Assembly: GCA_051382305.1 (NCBI GenBank)
Contig: JBBCAV010000021.1
Coordinates: 1-13,961 of the forward strand
Direction of reading: 5' to 3'
DNA from: Bdellovibrionota bacterium FG-2
GTDB taxonomy: Bacteria > Bdellovibrionota > UBA1018
Length of the DNA: 13,961 nt
The notes under the pieces were generated by a model. The model saw only the letters and a program-made list of their open reading frames with translations, did not search any database and had not been told where the DNA came from. Made by a program: the position numbers and the translations under genes. Positions 8,344 through 13,961 of the stretch are shown here, piece by piece. Numbering within the stretch: position 1 is the first letter of the stretch; each line of letters begins with the position of its first letter.

Positions 8344-9954
8344 ATGCTTGCATCGCAAAACTTTCGGCTTTTTTTGGTCCTCTTTTTGGTTTTTTTTATA
8401 AAGCCCTGTCTCGGCTACTCCGCCGACGTCATTTCCAACGACGTTATCTTTCAAGGCATCGACTCCGCGGGAAATCAGAATTTCCTGCTGGTCCACCCCG
8501 AGTCCGGCCAGTGGAAACTCCAATGGATTCGCGAGGCACCCCTTCAGCTCCCTGATTCCATATTTGAAAATCATTATGATACCCAAAACGAAGCACTCAT
8601 GGCCGCAGAAAAACTTGCACTAAGGCAGGGACTGCAAACGCATTCCACAAAAAGTTTAATGCACAGTTTTAGAGAGCCCCCCACAACCGAGGTCCCAGGC
8701 CAACGGCTTTGGGCGGTCCAGAATCAATGGAACTGGGGGTGGGAGCAGCGATACGCCTTTTGGATTCGAAACGAAGTGACTCCACAGTTTTTTAAGCAAT
8801 ACGGGATCAGCACGGATTGTGCGGACGCCGCCTATGCCCTTCGCTGGATTTTTGCGAGAACTCACGCTCTTCCCGCGGCAAATCATCTCAGTGGGTCGGG
8901 CGTTTTATTTAGTCAGGACTCTTTCAAAAAGAAGTGGTTTTCCCTCAAGCCCGCGCCCCTATGGCACGAGGATCAACGGTTCCTGGCCGCGCTGAACTAC
9001 CTTCTTTCCCTAACCTACACGCATACACTTTTTGAGGACAGCTATCCTATCGAGATTTCACTACGCTCGCTTTTCGAGGTCAATCATCACCTTAGCCTCG
9101 GTGAAAGCAGCGGCCACACGATGATCGCAAGCCGAGTGGAAACACTTCCCTCGAGTTTCTCGCCGCTGACGGTTTTTTATTCAACCGTGCCCCGCGCGCT
9201 GCGTGACCTTGCCGAAATGAGCTATTGGGAATCCAAACAGCCCACCTCTTCTGGCTGGCTTTTAGAGCCTCAGGCCATACACCCATATTTTTCGAGTGAG
9301 CAGTATTCGAATTCGTTTCTGGCCAATAGCCAGAGTTTTGCAGAGGCGGTGCTGCTGCGCCTGAACCCTCAGATGAATGTGGCGGCACGGTTTGCCGAAG
9401 GCCTCAACATGCTTCGATCTTTCGTTAGTAATCGAAAACAAATCGTGAATGACGGGTTTCTCACTTGTAACCGAAACCCTTGCCGCCCAGGCTCTGGACG
9501 CTATGAAGCTTGGAGTACACCCGCACGAGATGAACGAATGAGCGATCTTGTTTTCCAATTAGAAGAGATGCTGGATGACCTGGGACAAAAACTCCCAACG
9601 CTCTGGAATGAGTGGCAAGACGCCCGCCTTCTACCCATCCTCACATTAAACGGTGCAGTCTTTGATATGGGAGTCGTCATTCTCGCCTTGAAAATTGGCA
9701 GCTATTCCTCCGACCCGAACGATCCCATCGCCCTACGGTGGGGGATTGAGCCCAAGCCATTTTTGACAACGATCAAGGCACAATTTGATGACATTCAGAA
9801 GAAGAAGGCTGCTGGATTAGACGTTGACGAAGAAATTCAGGAACTCAAACAAACGGTCTCTCTGTACTGTCATTTTGTGGAGGATAAAGTTTGTGTGGAG
9901 TTCGGAGCTCAAGCTCACGCAATGGGGCTTGATCGCCTTTTTTCTATTTATTAA
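8344..9954 (+). CDS. Secreted hypothetical protein, candidate papain-like cysteine hydrolase
   Basis: 536-aa ORF; RBS GGAGGA; hydrophobic signal peptide; TDCAD (Cys159) and SGHTM (His258). The enzyme assignment is inference. Confidence 0.75.
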   Translation: MLASQNFRLFLVLFLVFFIKPCLGYSADVISNDVIFQGIDSAGNQNFLLVHPESGQWKLQWIREAPLQLPDSIFENHYDTQNEALMAAEKLALRQGLQTHSTKSLMHSFREPPTTEVPGQRLWAVQNQWNWGWEQRYAFWIRNEVTPQFFKQYGISTDCADAAYALRWIFARTHALPAANHLSGSGVLFSQDSFKKKWFSLKPAPLWHEDQRFLAALNYLLSLTYTHTLFEDSYPIEISLRSLFEVNHHLSLGESSGHTMIASRVETLPSSFSPLTVFYSTVPRALRDLAEMSYWESKQPTSSGWLLEPQAIHPYFSSEQYSNSFLANSQSFAEAVLLRLNPQMNVAARFAEGLNMLRSFVSNRKQIVNDGFLTCNRNPCRPGSGRYEAWSTPARDERMSDLVFQLEEMLDDLGQKLPTLWNEWQDARLLPILTLNGAVFDMGVVILALKIGSYSSDPNDPIALRWGIEPKPFLTTIKAQFDDIQKKKAAGLDVDEEIQELKQTVSLYCHFVEDKVCVEFGAQAHAMGLDRLFSIY

Positions 9955-11086
9955 TCCAAGTCTCAAGAGCGGGTCGAGCCTCACCCGAAGCATTGCGAAG
10001 ACTCACGCTGCCAAAGATTTTCCAAGCCGTACTTGCTGTGCCATCGTCGACTTGATAGTGCAAGTGAAGCCAATTGACCATGCGTACGTCGTGACCTTGG
10101 GTAAACGTAAAGAGCTTTGAAACATAATCCACTTGCTCTTGCTCAGAGTGTGACCAAAGCGGATTCAAGTTTCCAAAATTCTCAGCAGGCCAACCTGATT
10201 CGGTGATGGCCACAGGGATTGATCCTATGCGATCAAACAGGGGTTGGAGATAGGTGTCGGGAACAGCGGCGACACTTGCGTAACTAAACCATGGGTAAAC
10301 GGTGACACCTAAGAGATCGATTTTCGTGAGATCGTGAGCGCTCAAAGCTGACCAAAAAGGAGTGTTCCAAGCGTTAAGTGATCCGATGCCTGCTAGATGC
10401 TCAAAATTGAAGATGGGTCCTACAAGGGTGGTCGAGGAAACGGCTTTGATTGCGACGTAGGCAGCGTTGTAAAAGGTAACCCAACGAGCATAATCCTCTG
10501 AGTCCTGCTCATAATAGAAGTCGTTCTCGTTTCCGATAAACAAAAAGCGTGGCTGATAGGTGGTTGCAAAGCTCACGAGCATATTCTAAAAGGCTGTTTT
10601 GGCTTCAGTATTTGCCCACGTGTTCGTTGTGTTAGCGGGCAACTTTAGCAATAGGGTCGTATCACTTCGCCATCCGAACACGACAATAGGAACGTAGCCA
10701 TAAGTGGCAGCATTGCTCATGACTATGGCCGCAGCCGCTGGAGCAGTCCCGCTGTCTACTCCATTGAAGTTATCGTCTCGCCAGGAGCCGTTCCACATTG
10801 CGCCTCCATTGGGCATGGCACCCACTTCGGTAAAAAAATCGCCAAGCTTGCTATAATCGACCGGAAAACCACAGGGCGAAAGGCCTAGGCCTTTTACGAT
10901 TGGTGAAGGAGTGGGGGAGGGGGATATAGAAGGCGATGGTGAGCTCTCGGGTGACGGCGAGGCTGAGGGAGTCGAATCCGGTGGCGTGCCGGATTTGCTC
11001 CTTACGCTGCAGCTAGAAAGACCAAGAAACATCAAGGCAAAAACAAGGGTCATTAAAAAAGCAGAACTCAGCGCGCGCCGTTGCAT
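9944..11086 (-). pseudogene. Clan GH-A (TIM-barrel) glycoside hydrolase lipoprotein interrupted by one in-frame TAG at 10586-10588
   Basis: ORFs 10586..11281 and 9944..10582 share one frame (GCC TTT TAG AAT ATG). The joined product has lipobox LSSC, a Pro/Ser linker, acid/base motif IGNE and nucleophile motif ITESGWP. Confidence 0.75.
10901..10984 (-). repeat. Low-complexity Pro/Ser/Thr linker coding segment
   Basis: Encodes PPDSTPSASPSPESSPSPSISPSPTPSP between the lipid anchor and the catalytic domain. Confidence 0.7.
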
Positions 11087-11105
11087 TATTCTAGCAAAGC
11101 AAAAT

Positions 11106-11897
11106 TTAGTGCTTTTTGTCAAGGCTAGGCGCGCTTTGTGACTTTTGTTGCGCTTTTTCCGGAAAAATCCTGGCATATTCGCGATAGTGTCGTTCCTTGA
11201 GTTCATGCTCGTCGATGTAGCCGGTGAAGATTGTTTTATCCATCGGGAAGACTTCGGGAGAAAAGTGGGATCCGTAGACATGCCAGATCGTGAGGACTAA
11301 GAAGGCGAGAAGCGCTTCGTTGGAGTGCATGACTTGGGAGGCCGGAATCACCTGACCGGGCAGGAAACCCGCAAACCATCCGGGAAAAAGAAGGATAAGA
11401 CCGGAGACAACCATCACGAGGCTTCCAAGAACAATTCCAATGTATTCGAATTTTTGCCGATAATCGAATTTGGGATAAGTGGGCTTGTCATGTTGGTAGC
11501 CGAGATAGTATTTTAGGCTAGCGAATAGATCCCTAAAATCTTCTGAGGTGGGCAGAAGGCTTAGCCGCATCTTTGAAGTGAAGACTCCTGCGATGATGAT
11601 TCCGATATGGATGAGGGCATGGATTGCAAAAGTTACCCCAAAGATTCGGTGAATAAGCCGCGTTTTATCGACTCCACCAAAAAAGTCCACCGCGCGCGCG
11701 GCCCAGGCCGCATCAAAAAACTTTTGAGGAAATCCCGTGAGGACGAGCATGACAAAAACGAGAATGACAAAGATATGATCGATGCGCCTCCATGTCGAGA
11801 AGCGTTCAATGGGAATCGTGCCATTGTGTTCTTTGATGTGTTCTTGGATTTTTGCTTTTGTGTTCGTATCGGCCTCCATAATCATGTCTAGGATCAA
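11106..11897 (-). CDS. Di-heme cytochrome b membrane subunit (FdnI/HydC-like)
   Basis: Four hydrophobic helices with His at RIDH, IHR, MHS and IWH; RFS..RR N-terminal and KFDYRQKFEY loop patterns. The TTG start overlaps the upstream TGA; alternative ATGs at 11885 and 11879. Confidence 0.88.
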   Translation of the reverse strand: MILDMIMEADTNTKAKIQEHIKEHNGTIPIERFSTWRRIDHIFVILVFVMLVLTGFPQKFFDAAWAARAVDFFGGVDKTRLIHRIFGVTFAIHALIHIGIIIAGVFTSKMRLSLLPTSEDFRDLFASLKYYLGYQHDKPTYPKFDYRQKFEYIGIVLGSLVMVVSGLILLFPGWFAGFLPGQVIPASQVMHSNEALLAFLVLTIWHVYGSHFSPEVFPMDKTIFTGYIDEHELKERHYREYARIFPEKAQQKSQSAPSLDKKH

Positions 11898-12998
11898 AAC
11901 TTCTTAGTCTTAATGCGCCACAGATGTAGTAGGCTGTGACTTACAAGCCCTAACATGATCAGTGGAATCATGATTCGATAGAGCCACTTTACCGCCCAAA
12001 CCTGCGGCGCGGATTTGAGGGTCGCGGGATAATGCGAGAGCCAGGCATCAGCAAACGCCGCTGGAACCTTGTCGTGGCATTTGCGGCAAGTCTTTACGAC
12101 TCGTTCCCTCATTTGCTCTTTGTTTAGCGATGCCCCGCCCGCATTGGCCCTGAACCGTTGAATGTCGTGTGTTCCGTGACAGTCTACGCAAGTCGCAATG
12201 GCACTTTTCGGGGCTTGGACTGTTTTGGTGTAAAGTCGATTCGAAGCGCCGTGAAAATCATCGAGGTAACTGCTCAGAACTGCGGGATTGAGACCATGAG
12301 GCTGCATTTTCTTTTCATCCCCGTGGCATTTTGCGCAGAGTTTGTAGGACGCGGCCTTGAATCCGGGTTTTGTGGGGTCGCTAATCGCGTGGGCCCCATG
12401 GCAATCCGTGCAGACCGGGGCGTCGTCGCTTCCAGTGGCGAGTAATTCGCCGTGGACGGATTTTTCATAAGCCTTTGCGACTTCGGTATGACATTGTCTG
12501 CAGCGAGTGTTGATTTCTTTGCGGGGGTTCCCGGGCTTGCGTACATCATGAGAACCATGACAGTCGGTGCAGATGGGGGCGGAGCGCTCGCCTGCTTTCA
12601 TGATTTCGAAGTGAATACTATCTAGCATTCGCGTGTAGTAGGCATAGTGGCAGCGTTGACAAGTGTTGGAGAGTTGGATCGAGAAATCTCGCGCGTCTTT
12701 ATACTGGGCGAACTTGGCGTTCTTAGCTGCCCCCGTAGGGTGGGTCGAGGCTGTAATGTCTCGATGGCAGTCTGTGCACTCAAGTTGGGCTGCGTGCACA
12801 GACTTTTTGATGTGTTCTCGGTCCACATAGACGGATCGGGTAGACTGATCTGAGAACCGCACCGTCTGGCCTTTTTTTGCCATGACAGCTCAGACAGTCC
12901 TCACTCGTTTGCGCTCCGGCGGCCCCAGGGGCCAAGAGCAGGCCGCTTAGCAGACCTATAAGAAGCGCGATACCAATAGTGTTTTTTGCGATCCACAT
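11894..12998 (-). pseudogene. Membrane-anchored nonaheme cytochrome c, frameshifted at an A7 run (12872-12878)
   Basis: ORF 12780..12998 supplies the RBS (AGGAAAGG), signal peptide and CLSCH. ORF 11894..12883 supplies eight more CxxCH motifs and a C-terminal TM helix. Removing one A fuses them into 367 aa. Confidence 0.85.
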
Positions 12999-13155
12999 AA
13001 TGTGCCTTTCCTGCGTCTATTCTTGTTGTTTTTTTTGCTTCTTTTCTTTCTTATTCAGGTAGGCTGCACTGGGCTCCCATTTCCATAACGTCAGGTGTGC
13101 GTGATTTCTGAAAGCGGATTGCACTTGCTCAGTGGCCAATCGCATTGCGGCGTAA

Positions 13156-13849
13156 ACCACTCCCTTTCTTAATGAAGTCTATTCTCAGATTTTCGCTGCT
13201 CCCGTGAGTTATTTTGACCTTTCGCATCTTGATGCGGAGGCTACGGGCATTATTAGAAACCTTTTTCGGAGCCGTTTAGAATTGCGGCGGAAACTTGCAC
13301 TGTTCAGCGTGGCCGGTGGCGCAACCGAAGAGTGTGTGAATTCGATGAGAAATGTTCTGCGCGCGGTTCGTTTTGCGGAAGATTATGTGGGTGAATTTCA
13401 AGTAAAGCCCAGACCTTTTAACGAAAAAAACCCGGCCGTCGCGTTCGCAGGTGCCGAGCCGCATACGATGGTGAATTCTTATTATCTTCCTTTTGATATT
13501 GAAACCAGTGTGCGTTCAGGTGACGTTTTGCTGAGTCGGGGTGCCGCTTTTACCAGTGCGGCGATTGCTCGTATTGGCGATGTGGATTCGCAGTTTAGTC
13601 ATGCGGCCCTTGTTTATATTGACCCCAAGACGCACGAAAAATACACGATCGAAGCCCATATCGAAATTGGGGTAGTGGTGGCGCCATTCCGCAAGTACCT
13701 CAAAGATGGCAAAGTGCGTTCCGCGCTTTTTCGGTTCGGTGATCCAGAGCTTGCTCACGAGGCTGCGCGAATCATGTATAACAAAGCTAAGGCGGCCATG
13801 GATCGCGGCAAAAATATCCCCTATGATTTTTCGTTAGAGGTGAAGGATC
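13156..13849 (+). pseudogene. Permuted papain-like amidase (YiiX/YebB-type NlpC/P60), truncated
   Basis: SGDVLLSRG...FSHAALVY...IEA...GV...PYDF pattern. The expected (Y/F)CSE Cys motif after PYDF is missing. The ORF as called is 13204..13956, and the frame is open from 13156 without a start or RBS. Confidence 0.7.
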
Positions 13850-13868
13850 CTGTCTATTACACACATCT
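13850..13868 (+). mobile_element. IS50/Tn5-like (IS4 family) terminal inverted repeat, or Tn5 adapter remnant
   Basis: CTGTCTATTACACACATCT matches the Tn5 mosaic end CTGTCTCTTATACACATCT at 17 of 19 positions, at the point where amidase similarity stops. Confidence 0.55.
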
Positions 13869-13961
13869 TTTGAACGAGCGAAGACATTACTGCAATGGGA
13901 AATCTGAGCGGCTCGAATTCAACTTTGTTGGGGCAGGCGTGGCTGTCAGGTGCTGAGAGAT

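Noticed and set aside
885..10588. Genome-wide TAG reassignment (alternative genetic code)
   Set aside because: TAG terminates genes at 887, 7090 and 9944 at plausible C-termini, and only one internal TAG is seen.
11087..11281. First 65 codons of ORF 10586..11281
   Set aside because: They overlap the cytochrome b gene in another frame. The lipoprotein signal only begins at ATG 11086.
11880..11910. Frameshift fusing cytochrome c and cytochrome b into a single CbcL-like gene
   Set aside because: Cannot be excluded, but the TTGA start/stop overlap, nearby in-frame ATGs and the basic C-terminal tail (RIKTKKF) fit two coupled genes.
12872..12880. dnaX-type -1 programmed frameshift at AAAAAAG
   Set aside because: Codon phase and direction are wrong: joining the ORFs needs +1 (or -2).
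1..13961. CRISPR arrays, tRNA/rRNA genes, tandem DNA repeats, defence-system genes
   Set aside because: None seen on reading. The only repetitiveness is protein-level (Pro/Ser linker and heme-motif repeats).

Overview
Bacterial chromosomal segment, possibly a whole short contig. The gene content suggests a Bdellovibrionota/Oligoflexia-like or other deltaproteobacterial organism (inference). Left to right: a hypothetical ORF; a 717-aa secreted protein behind a sigma-54-type promoter; a peptide ABC importer (binding lipoprotein plus two permeases, no ATPase in the window); a secreted CE4/NodB polysaccharide deacetylase; and a 536-aa secreted protein with a candidate Cys/His dyad. A minus-strand run follows, transcribed as nonaheme cytochrome c, di-heme cytochrome b, then a clan GH-A glycoside hydrolase lipoprotein. 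A permuted papain-like (YiiX/YebB-type) amidase gene ends the window. Three of the last four genes are broken: an in-frame TAG in the hydrolase, one extra A in an A7 run in the cytochrome c, and an IS50/Tn5-like terminal repeat where the amidase catalytic Cys motif is expected. The most notable items are the two-gene CbcL-like cytochrome module and the IS50-like end. I saw no RNA genes or CRISPR arrays, and cannot claim a clearly new system from sequence alone.
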